Source: an uncultured archaeon (GTDB lineage Archaea > Asgardarchaeota > Lokiarchaeia > Sigyniarchaeales > SOKP01). From it: 20,036 nt of DNA. Every line of letters begins with the position of its first letter. Position 1 is the first letter of the stretch. The notes under the pieces were generated by a model that was not told the DNA's origin, did not search any database, and saw only the letters and a list, made by a program, of their open reading frames with translations. The translations under genes and the position numbers were made by a program. The stretch spans positions 1 through 20,036 of the forward strand of contig CAZDTP010000063.1 in the NCBI GenBank assembly GCA_964508365.1, read 5' to 3'. This document shows, piece after piece, positions 8,401 through 16,746 of the stretch.

Positions 8401-8412
8401 TTTTTTTTTTTT
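8401..8412 (+). terminator. Oligo-T tract, candidate archaeal terminator at a convergent gene junction
   Basis: Run of 12 T starting 3 nt after the TAA at 8396-8398. Confidence 0.5.
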
Positions 8413-9298
8413 AAGAATTTAGTGTAATCTTATCTCCAGTAAAGCCCCATGTTTTAAGAATTTCTCCTGCTTCGTTCATCATTGTATTGATAAATTCGTT
8501 AAGGGAAGACACATCTTTTTGATGGGCTATAGCTGCTGATAATACATTAGTGCTTTTCAACGCTCGATGATATAATTTTCTATGATAATCTTCAGAAAGC
8601 AAATTCATCTTCAACCATTTTTCTTTCACATCTTTAGAAGCAGGACTTTCTTGAGTTGTAAGAATAGCTGATCCTAAACATACGCCTTCAGCACCCATAC
8701 CTAAAGCCCCCAAAAAACCTCGTGCGTCACCAATTCCTCCTGCGGCAATTATAGGGGTTTTTAAAAGTCGTTTCGCTAAAGTAATATTGATTAAAGTCGT
8801 ATGCTGAAAAGGGTTTTTAAAACCAGAAGCTTCCATTCCAATTAATGTAATAGCACTAGCTCCTGCTCTTTCTGCTGAAATCGCATGTCTGAGTAAAGCA
8901 CATTTATGAAACCAGAAACAACCTGCTTCCTTTATTCTTTCTCCAAGATGCGTTGCTTGATACGCTGAGGTAGTAAAAACTTTTATTCCTTCGTCAATCG
9001 CAATTTCCAAATACTTTAAGTAATCTTCTTTGGATACATTGCTAAGAGGATCAAATGCTCTTACTCCTGGTGGTAAGACTGTCAAATTAATACCAAAAGG
9101 TTTATCTGTCAATTCTTTCATTTTTATAAGCTCTGACTTGAAATTACCGATTTTATAATTTAAACCTGTAATAATCCCTAATCCTCCAGCGTTTGAGAAT
9201 GATGCTGCAAATTCTGTTTTACCTAATCCCGCAAATGCCGCCATAATTAAAGGATACTTAGTACCCGTCATTTTATTTATAGAAGTGTTCCAAATCAT
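8411..9298 (-). CDS. Nitronate monooxygenase / FabK-like FMN-dependent oxidoreductase family protein
   Basis: KYPLIMAAF, SNAGGLGII, TDKPFGINL, PIIAAGGIGDARG, LGMGAEGVCLGS. ATG 9298 (MIWNTSINKM) preferred over the track's TTG 9307. Confidence 0.85.
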   Translation of the reverse strand: MIWNTSINKMTGTKYPLIMAAFAGLGKTEFAASFSNAGGLGIITGLNYKIGNFKSELIKMKELTDKPFGINLTVLPPGVRAFDPLSNVSKEDYLKYLEIAIDEGIKVFTTSAYQATHLGERIKEAGCFWFHKCALLRHAISAERAGASAITLIGMEASGFKNPFQHTTLINITLAKRLLKTPIIAAGGIGDARGFLGALGMGAEGVCLGSAILTTQESPASKDVKEKWLKMNLLSEDYHRKLYHRALKSTNVLSAAIAHQKDVSSLNEFINTMMNEAGEILKTWGFTGDKITLNS

Positions 9299-9312
9299 AA
9301 CAATCAAATAAA

Positions 9313-10296
9313 TTAAATATCAGTATTTTGTAATTCTATTATTTTTAATTCTATTTCCTTATATTGTTTAGGGTAAAACCTTTTAAAAACTCTTAGCCAA
9401 TCAAATCCTATCAATGAGCCAGCTAAAAAACCAAATAAATAACCAAGATTAATTATTACCTCCGAACTTAGTACCTCTTTAGGGATGAATTTTGTACCGT
9501 AAATTACCATACTAAATGAAAATCCAGTCAATAATATACCTAGTGGAAAAATATTTAGTTTTGAGAGTCTAAAAAAGTAAATATTATCTTGAGTCATCGA
9601 ATTGAAAATAGAATTATTATCTTTTCCCTTCTCAGGAGACATATGTACTTTTTTTACAAATTTAAAGCGAATTATGTCATTAAAATCTCTAAGAATAAAA
9701 AAACCACCAAAAAGTAAGAAGAAATACAGAAGGATCATAATTATAGCTAAATAGATTTTAAATTCCTTCAAAAAAATATCAAATTGAATTACATACGAGT
9801 GGAATACTAAAAAAAGTAAACCTAATCCGATTAAAATCATACCAAAAAAGCCCTCGTGCAAATGGTATTTGCCTATAAATTTTCCTTCGAATCTTGAAGT
9901 TAGTTTCTTGATGTAATAAATGATTAAAAGCAGTAAACCAGGAGCGACAATAGATGTTGATATAAACAATATTATTTCTAAAAAATCTTCAATCATGTTT
10001 GAAAACAAATTTAAATCAAGAATCGTATTTAAATGAGAAATATTCCATGCAATAATTCCTAAAACAATAAGGATTAGGAACATTCTTTTAAAGAGGCCGA
10101 TTTTGATAATAAATACCAAAATAAAAAAGTAAATATTTAGCAAGGTTAGAGATATTCCTCTACTGATAGTCAATTCGTAGGAATACCATTCATATAATTG
10201 TTTATTAAGTAAATAATTAATTAAAGAGGTGTAAATTACGAGAGATAAAGCAAAGATAACTATGAATTTAGATAGTATCTTGTAACTTCTTTTCAT
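9313..10296 (-). CDS. Hypothetical multi-pass membrane protein (about 8 TM)
   Basis: Many hydrophobic helices and an internal KYHLHEGFFG motif; no recognisable family. Confidence 0.75.
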   Translation of the reverse strand: MKRSYKILSKFIVIFALSLVIYTSLINYLLNKQLYEWYSYELTISRGISLTLLNIYFFILVFIIKIGLFKRMFLILIVLGIIAWNISHLNTILDLNLFSNMIEDFLEIILFISTSIVAPGLLLLIIYYIKKLTSRFEGKFIGKYHLHEGFFGMILIGLGLLFLVFHSYVIQFDIFLKEFKIYLAIIMILLYFFLLFGGFFILRDFNDIIRFKFVKKVHMSPEKGKDNNSIFNSMTQDNIYFFRLSKLNIFPLGILLTGFSFSMVIYGTKFIPKEVLSSEVIINLGYLFGFLAGSLIGFDWLRVFKRFYPKQYKEIELKIIELQNTDI

Positions 10297-10358
10297 TAAA
10301 TTTTAAAAAATGAAATATTGTTTATAGTGAATTTGTTTTAAGTATAAATTTAGGTAAT

Positions 10359-10386
10359 ATTTTATTCCGGTGAACAGGAATAAAAT
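10359..10386. repeat. Perfect 10-bp inverted repeat with 8-nt spacer (candidate operator or hairpin)
   Basis: ATTTTATTCC-GGTGAACA-GGAATAAAAT in the intergenic region between the 10445 stop and the 10296 start. Confidence 0.6.
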
Positions 10387-10444
10387 CCCTCTCTAATTAT
10401 TAATTTGTATTTAAAATATTGAAAGGTTTCTAAATCATACAAGG

Positions 10445-11302
10445 TTATAATTCTAATACCTTTTTTGCATTTTCACCGAGAATTTTTCTTCGAAACCCTT
10501 CAGAAATAGGAATTTCTTTGACTGCGGGAATAATCTCGTTCCAGTGTTTAAGTGGATGATCTGAAGCAAATAATACTTTATCTTCCGCATTAAATTTAGA
10601 AAATGCTTCAAAAGGAAACCATTGATATAGTTCAGGATACGTAGAAATATCAATATAGACATTAGGGTGTCTAATAACTACGCCCCATGCATCCCAAAAC
10701 CATGGAATTCCCATGTGTCCCATTATGATTGTTAAATCTTGATGTTTAGATGCCAATACATCTACTAACATTGGGTGGCCGTATTTTGTTATTGAACCTA
10801 TTATTGAAACTAAATGTGATGTGTGAGTCCAAAGAGGAATGTTAAAATCTATCATTTTCTTCCATAAGGGGTCATATTTCTTATCAGAAATGTCAAATTT
10901 CTGCGCTGGAGGCACAAGTTTGACACCTTTAAGTCCTAGAGATGTTATAGCATATTCTAGCTGATCCATAGCGTCAGGTGCAGGAACATCAATACACGCA
11001 AATCCTATAAATTTCTCTGGATATCTCTTAACAAAATCAGCAACATTATCATTTGTTACTATACATACGCCGTAAGCTGTCGTAAGGTTATATGATACAA
11101 TCACAGCTTTATCAATCCCATATTTTTTCATCTGAGTAACATAATCATCAATAGATATTTTTGTCATTAGAACTTCATAAAATTTATACATCGCACGACG
11201 TCCTTTTTTATTTGTACCAAGTAGAGCATTAGCTACAAAATCAAGATCATCACCCCAATAAGCCTCTTTACAAAAAGGATGAACATGCATATCAATAATC
11301 AA
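10445..11302 (-). CDS. Amidohydrolase_2 family protein (TIM-barrel metal-dependent hydrolase/decarboxylase)
   Basis: IDMHVH (HxH), RYPEKFIGF, LGLKGVKL, IPLWTH, IIMGHMG, NVYIDIS, VLFASDHP. TTG start at 11302 with GGGGTG SD 8 nt upstream preferred over the track's 11338. Confidence 0.88.
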   Translation of the reverse strand: MIIDMHVHPFCKEAYWGDDLDFVANALLGTNKKGRRAMYKFYEVLMTKISIDDYVTQMKKYGIDKAVIVSYNLTTAYGVCIVTNDNVADFVKRYPEKFIGFACIDVPAPDAMDQLEYAITSLGLKGVKLVPPAQKFDISDKKYDPLWKKMIDFNIPLWTHTSHLVSIIGSITKYGHPMLVDVLASKHQDLTIIMGHMGIPWFWDAWGVVIRHPNVYIDISTYPELYQWFPFEAFSKFNAEDKVLFASDHPLKHWNEIIPAVKEIPISEGFRRKILGENAKKVLEL

Positions 11303-11373
11303 TTTAATAACACCCCAGTTCCTAAAAGATTTATACAAAAAAATGAATAATTTAAATTTTAGAATTAGATAAC

Positions 11374-12705
11374 TTATAAAAAATTATCTATTGTTCTCTG
11401 ATTTTTGATGAAATTAATTAGTTTACTACTCTGTTTCCAATATTTGTAGCTTACCATGAATCCTTCAGCCATTTTTTTTGTTGAGTCGTTGAAATTGTCC
11501 AGAACTAGAGGGTTACCTAGCTCCATTGCATTTTTAACGGTCTCTCTGATTACCCAAACGCCTAATGGAACCACATAACCGCCCTGTACTTCTCGAAAAA
11601 TTAGAACTCTTGCTTGTCTTCCGATTTTATATAAATATTCGCAGACCTCTTTTCGAGCAGCATAGTAAGCACCGGTGATATTACTCGCATAAGTTTTTCT
11701 ACCATTATAGAATTCAAAATCAGTCATTATTTGAGGTTTTAAACTACGGGTGTCTCCATTGAGAGAAATATTCCATAGAGTATTAGGAGCCCAAACCTCG
11801 TTCATCTCGTAGGTAAATTTACCGGGAAAGAGAAGAATTTTAAAATGATTGTCAAGGTAAGTGTTTTCAAATATTTGATAATCATCAATCTCTGGAAATT
11901 GTTTAATTTCTTTAATAAGCGCTTTAGAGATAATATCATCAACTGCTGTAATACTCCATCTTGTTGGAACAATTCTTCGTCTATTTTTTTCTCCTAATAA
12001 ACCAGCAGAAAAGACTCTTTTAATTGTTGATTCTGGAACTTGACCTTTAAAGTAGAGATACTTTGAAACTGCTTCAGTTGCTTTCAAGTCTGTATCTGAA
12101 ACACAATACTCTACTTTTGGATGAATTTTTGTATTTTCTGTAATTTTAATTTTATCAGTCATGCCAGTAGGTCCCATAGGCAACGCGTGATTGTCCATCA
12201 TCATTCTGAGATTCATTTTTTCTAACTTCGTCTCAGTATCTACAGGACGGGCTGCCATCGATAATTCTTGTGAAGTTTCCAATAATTTTTGAACCTTCAG
12301 TGGTGGCGTGTTTTTACGACTCTTTTTTCCAATATTAACATCGATTTTAAAATTATTTCGCACTAAACTACTCCTATACCTAATAATGTCAACTAAGCTC
12401 TTTCCGAACCACAACTCGGGAGCATCTAAAATGTGATAATCAGAGATATTAAGGTTTATTTCAAATTCTTGAAAGGGAACTAACGGACCGAGGTAAACTT
12501 TTGGATAATTGAAATGACCAACGAAAAATCCGGGAGGACTAGGTCCAAAAAGTTCAACATTTCGAAGAGTTTTATCAAATTCAAATGGGACAAGAGATTT
12601 CAAGACAGATTTTTTTAATAAGATTGGACATGTTTTCTTACCACATAATAACCTCGCTCCTTTACAGTACAAGCAGATGTTTTTTTCAGTTGGGGGTCGA
12701 ACCAA
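11374..12705 (-). CDS. nreA: Archaeal DNA repair protein NreA (Nre family)
   Basis: N-terminal CxxC...CxxxxC (CLYCKGARLLCGKKTCP), GPSPPGFFVGHFNYPKVYLGPL, RIVPTRWSITAVDD, GAYYAAR, YVVPLGVWVIRETV, and C-terminal PIP box QRTIDNFL. Confidence 0.92.
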   Translation of the reverse strand: MVRPPTEKNICLYCKGARLLCGKKTCPILLKKSVLKSLVPFEFDKTLRNVELFGPSPPGFFVGHFNYPKVYLGPLVPFQEFEINLNISDYHILDAPELWFGKSLVDIIRYRSSLVRNNFKIDVNIGKKSRKNTPPLKVQKLLETSQELSMAARPVDTETKLEKMNLRMMMDNHALPMGPTGMTDKIKITENTKIHPKVEYCVSDTDLKATEAVSKYLYFKGQVPESTIKRVFSAGLLGEKNRRRIVPTRWSITAVDDIISKALIKEIKQFPEIDDYQIFENTYLDNHFKILLFPGKFTYEMNEVWAPNTLWNISLNGDTRSLKPQIMTDFEFYNGRKTYASNITGAYYAARKEVCEYLYKIGRQARVLIFREVQGGYVVPLGVWVIRETVKNAMELGNPLVLDNFNDSTKKMAEGFMVSYKYWKQSSKLINFIKNQRTIDNFL

Positions 12706-12830
12706 TCTTGTGTCTCTTTAAAAATTATTATCTCTATTAGAAAAGATTCTATTTATTATTAAAAAGGTAGACGAGTATAAATTTATAATATTTATATTAA
12801 AGAAGCAATATTCTAATTCCAATAATAATC

Positions 12831-12849
12831 AAAAAAATAGGAAAAAAAA
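12831..12849 (-). terminator. Oligo-T tracts downstream of the flavodoxin-like gene
   Basis: A7 and A8 runs on the plus strand (T runs on the minus strand) 23-41 nt after the stop at 12872. Confidence 0.35.
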
Positions 12850-12871
12850 TTGCTAAAACGAGCCCTGTAAT

Positions 12872-13333
12872 TTAATTCATAAAATTTTTTAATGTAGAAA
12901 TAAATTCTCCAATTTTCACATCAGAACCTTCTACAGCTGGTCCTTCTGCCCCTTTCATTTTTACTTCCAGAAATTCAGGACAGATTTCTTCAACACATTC
13001 AGCTTTTTCAAGGGTCTTTTTCATTCCTTTTATGAAGAATTTTTTCCATCCCAATGCATGGGTTGAGAAATAGGCGACTTTTGAAATAGGATTGGTTATT
13101 ATTTTATCTAAATTGCTGATAAATGAACGAATCTCATTATCTGACCTAAATGCAAGGATTCGAACACCTACGATCAAACCATAAGGATTATCTTTGGCGA
13201 TATCTTCAGGTGTTATATTTTTAATACTATCGAGACTTATATCATAATCATTATTTAAATCCTCAGCAATTCTTTTTGAAATCTGCTCAGAATTTCCGTG
13301 TAATGAGTTATGAATAATCCATAATTTTTTCAT
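12872..13333 (-). CDS. Flavodoxin-like protein (divergent)
   Basis: N-terminal phosphate-binding loop HNSLHGNSEQIS, alternating beta/alpha pattern, KVAYFST strand, 153 aa. Confidence 0.7.
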   Translation of the reverse strand: MKKLWIIHNSLHGNSEQISKRIAEDLNNDYDISLDSIKNITPEDIAKDNPYGLIVGVRILAFRSDNEIRSFISNLDKIITNPISKVAYFSTHALGWKKFFIKGMKKTLEKAECVEEICPEFLEVKMKGAEGPAVEGSDVKIGEFISTLKNFMN

Positions 13334-13502
13334 AGTTATACTTTTAAAACAAAAACTCTATATGAAACTTTAATAGTCCAATCTTTCTTCAAGATTTTTC
13401 TTGATAAAATCTAGTGTTCGATTGATATTAAAATTAATTAAAGGATAATCCATATCGAAGTATAAGTTACATATTTTTTCATCGAAAAGATGATGATTAA
13501 TA

Positions 13503-13874
13503 ATGAGTGATTATAGTAAATATTCAATTGATCTTGAGATTAAATTCAAGCCCTTAGAGATTATTGACATCTCAACTCTAATAGCAAAAAGTTCAAAAAA
13601 ATGGCAAAACTTATCTCTCTGTAATGTTAACGATTCTGTTGTAAGGCTCGCCGTCATCGAGGGAGAATTTCATTGGCACAAACACGAAAAGGAAGACGAA
13701 TTCTTTTTCGTTATTGAAGGAGAGCTTTTAATTGATTTAGAAGATGAAACGGTAAGGTTAAAGCCTAATCAAGGCTTTACAGTGCCAATGGGGATAACAC
13801 ACCGTACAAGAGCTCCGACTCGCACATCTGTTTTATTGATAGAAAAAAAAACTATCAAACCTACTGGAGATTAA
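13503..13874 (+). CDS. Cupin domain protein (cupin_2)
   Basis: Cupin motif 1 EFHWHKHEKEDEFFFVIEG and motif 2 GFTVPMGITHR. Confidence 0.88.
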   Translation: MSDYSKYSIDLEIKFKPLEIIDISTLIAKSSKKWQNLSLCNVNDSVVRLAVIEGEFHWHKHEKEDEFFFVIEGELLIDLEDETVRLKPNQGFTVPMGITHRTRAPTRTSVLLIEKKTIKPTGD

Positions 13875-14122
13875 TTATTCAAATGGAACTTGATGCTAAA
13901 GTGTTAATAGAAGAAATATGTGAGAACTTGGATGATGAACTAAGGACATAAGATAATATTTATGTCGTCAACTAAAACTAATATGTTATTTCTCATCTTA
14001 CCCCCCTAAAGCGTTGTTTTAGTGTGCTAAATTTGGTAAAAGATTGTAGATTTACACAATAGCAATAGTATAAATATAATTAATAAGGCTATTTAAATAA
14101 GAAATTCTCAATTTGATTTTTT

Positions 14123-16000
14123 ATGGCATTAAACTGGAATATTGAAGTTTTCATTGCCTTGTTAGGCTTTATTTTTTTTTTAACTTTCAGCATTATTTTT
14201 TTTAAACTTGCTTATTCTAGAAAAAACAAGACTTTTCTCTTTTTTTTTTTTAATTTTTCAATTTTTGCAACATTTCACTTTTTTGAAACTACAGCCTACC
14301 TATTCTTAGATTTTGAGTTAAAACGCATGAGTGCAATGATGTATTCACTCGGACTATTTTTTTTAATGTTTAATGTTGATATGATTTCAAAAGAAAGACT
14401 TAGTTACTATAAAGTAATAGTAGCCAGCTTTATTATCGGTTGTACAGTTGTTCTAACATTAATTCCAGAAAATATTACATATTACGCTCATCCTATTTTT
14501 GGATATCCTACTTTGGGATTGTCTGGTTTCTTACAAATTCTAAATAATTTAACACTATTTCTCTTAGGTTTTCAACTTGTTTTCTGGTTTTTTCGAACAT
14601 GGCAGAGATCACCTTCGGAATTAAGGAGAAAGGCACATTATCTTTTTATTACAAATATAATTTTCTACTGTTGCATTTTAGCTATTTTCTCACTGAGTTT
14701 ATATCTAATATTCCCCGTAGGATACATTGTTGCGGTTGGCTCGATAAGTATTATCACCTTTTTCATTGCTCGAGAACCCAAATTACTTCATGTTTTGTCA
14801 TTCACGGGTCATAGAATTACAGTAATCACAAATGAATCGGGAATCCCTTTATTTAATTTATCATGGGACATTAAAAGCAGTAAGCTGAAAGATGAACAGC
14901 GTTTATTAGCAAATTGGTTACCTCTCTTGCAACAGCTTAGTAAGAGATTAGGGAACTCTTTGGTACTTGAAGAAATAAAACTAGAAGACGAAATAATGTT
15001 GTTTAGAAGTGGTGAATATATCACTGCTGTCTTGCTTTCAGAAAAATCTACTCCAGCATTACGTGAATCATTGGAAAAATTCACTAAATCATTCGAAGAT
15101 AAATATAATATACTCTTGAAGACAGGTATGATAGAAACCAATTATTATAATAGAGCAACAGATTTAATTGAGGAATATTTCCCTTTAGGTATTTATTCAG
15201 CGACTTCTACAGACAGTTCTTTAGAGAGTTATCTTGAAGAGCTAGTAAAAGAACGAACTCTCGAACTAGAACAAATAAGTAATGAAGTTCTTAAAGCAGA
15301 TCAATTAAAATCTATATTTCTTGCTTCAATGAGCCACGAATTGCGTACTCCTCTTAATTCAATGATTGGATTTTCTGAATTACTAATACTTGATTATTCA
15401 GAAAACTTGAGTGATACGCAAAAAGAATATATTAACATAATTTATGACGAAAGTTATTATTTATTGAACCTAATAAATGGAATTCTGGATATATCTAAGA
15501 TCGAAGCTGGGAAGTTCGAATTAAGTCTAAATCAATTTAGTTTTAACGAGGTTTTATTGAATGTTACTAACTCCTTAAAACCTAGATTCTCTGAAAAAAA
15601 ACTCGAATTAGAATATGAAATCGATTTGGATATAAAATTATTTAGTGACGAAGATCGCCTAAAACAAATATTATTTAATCTTATAGGAAATGCTATCAAA
15701 TTTACTAATGAAAGAGGGAAAATATTAATTAAAACGAGATTGTTTAATGGAAGACTAAATATTCATGTTATTGACAACGGAATAGGAATTAGTAAAGATA
15801 ACATCCAACGTTTATTTACTCCATTTCAACAAGTTAATCAATCTCAATTAACAAAAAACATGGGAACAGGTTTGGGTCTTTATCTTACAAAAAAATTGGT
15901 GGATTTACTAGGAGGAGACATTTCTGTCGAGAGTGAAGAAGGAAAAGGAAGTGATTTTTACTTTACGATTTTAACTCATTTAAATAATTCAATAAATTAG
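14123..16000 (+). CDS. Sensor histidine kinase: 7TM domain + longin-like domain + HisKA + HATPase_c
   Basis: Seven hydrophobic segments in about aa 1-220; H-box SMSHELRTPLNS, N-box NLIGNAIKFT, G1 DNGIGI, F-box LFTPF, G2 GTGLGLY; no receiver domain. The longin-like call for the middle domain is pattern-based. Confidence 0.9.
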   Translation: MALNWNIEVFIALLGFIFFLTFSIIFFKLAYSRKNKTFLFFFFNFSIFATFHFFETTAYLFLDFELKRMSAMMYSLGLFFLMFNVDMISKERLSYYKVIVASFIIGCTVVLTLIPENITYYAHPIFGYPTLGLSGFLQILNNLTLFLLGFQLVFWFFRTWQRSPSELRRKAHYLFITNIIFYCCILAIFSLSLYLIFPVGYIVAVGSISIITFFIAREPKLLHVLSFTGHRITVITNESGIPLFNLSWDIKSSKLKDEQRLLANWLPLLQQLSKRLGNSLVLEEIKLEDEIMLFRSGEYITAVLLSEKSTPALRESLEKFTKSFEDKYNILLKTGMIETNYYNRATDLIEEYFPLGIYSATSTDSSLESYLEELVKERTLELEQISNEVLKADQLKSIFLASMSHELRTPLNSMIGFSELLILDYSENLSDTQKEYINIIYDESYYLLNLINGILDISKIEAGKFELSLNQFSFNEVLLNVTNSLKPRFSEKKLELEYEIDLDIKLFSDEDRLKQILFNLIGNAIKFTNERGKILIKTRLFNGRLNIHVIDNGIGISKDNIQRLFTPFQQVNQSQLTKNMGTGLGLYLTKKLVDLLGGDISVESEEGKGSDFYFTILTHLNNSIN

Positions 16001-16094
16001 TCATCAAACCATATGATAAATTATAAAAAATCATTTATGTTAGGAGAAAGCTAAACAACTTAATAAGTAATTCTTAAAATAAATTTTGTGTAAT

Positions 16095-16685
16095 CTAATT
16101 TTTCCTACATAATAATTCTCCATTTCCAATCGGTACAATCATAGCATCTAAACGCTCGTCAGATAATGCTTTATTTATCATAGGTTTTAATGTCTCATAG
16201 TGATTTATCGCATTATCAGCTACCAACAAGCCTCCTTTTACCATATTTGGGACTATTAAATCATAACAATCGTCATAAACTTCTTTTTCAGCGTCTAAAA
16301 AGCAAAAAGATATATTTTTTTCTTTTTTTAAGTAACCTCGCGCATCTCCTTCTACTAACTCAACATAATTCGTCATTTTACTCTCTCGAAATGTCTCTTT
16401 AGCAAATTTAATCTTTTCTTCTAAAATTTCAAATGTTTTTACTTTGTTGCCTTTTTCCATGCATACGAGTGCAATCCACAAGGTGGAATAGCCTCCACTA
16501 GTTCCAATTTCTATAAATTTTCCTTTAGGAGCACCAGCAGCTAAGATTAAGAGGAATTTACCCGTTTCAGGTGGAATTTGACGAAGTCTTTGCATTCTAG
16601 GCGTTCCATCAACTCTATCTTCTGCGTCGATTTTTTCTAAATACTCCATTCTCCTTTTTACGAGTTCTGGGACATTATGTAGCAT
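16095..16685 (-). CDS. Class I SAM-dependent O-methyltransferase (caffeoyl-CoA OMT/YrrM-like)
   Basis: [12 protein letters not shown] motif [28 protein letters not shown]. Confidence 0.88.
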   Translation of the reverse strand: MLHNVPELVKRRMEYLEKIDAEDRVDGTPRMQRLRQIPPETGKFLLILAAGAPKGKFIEIGTSGGYSTLWIALVCMEKGNKVKTFEILEEKIKFAKETFRESKMTNYVELVEGDARGYLKKEKNISFCFLDAEKEVYDDCYDLIVPNMVKGGLLVADNAINHYETLKPMINKALSDERLDAMIVPIGNGELLCRKN

Positions 16686-16746
16686 TTTATTTCAAATAAG
16701 TTTTGTTTAACAATATTATATATATGAAAAAATATAATGATTATCA

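Noticed and set aside
12777-12788. Palindrome TATAAATTTATA upstream of nreA
   Set aside because: All-AT 12-mer, indistinguishable from a TATA element or background.
14043-14060. ATTGT-N8-ACAAT dyad upstream of the 7TM kinase
   Set aside because: Only 5-bp arms and no clear second copy noticed; too weak to call an operator.
14123-14800. Calling the 7TM domain a rhodopsin or GPCR
   Set aside because: No retinal-binding Lys motif in TM7 and no GPCR signature motifs; seven helices alone do not imply homology.
10453-16402. Track ORFs 10453..10662(-), 14599..14814(+), 14809..15141(-) and 16190..16402(+)
   Set aside because: Alternative-frame or antisense ORFs lying wholly inside confidently assigned genes, with no protein-like motifs.
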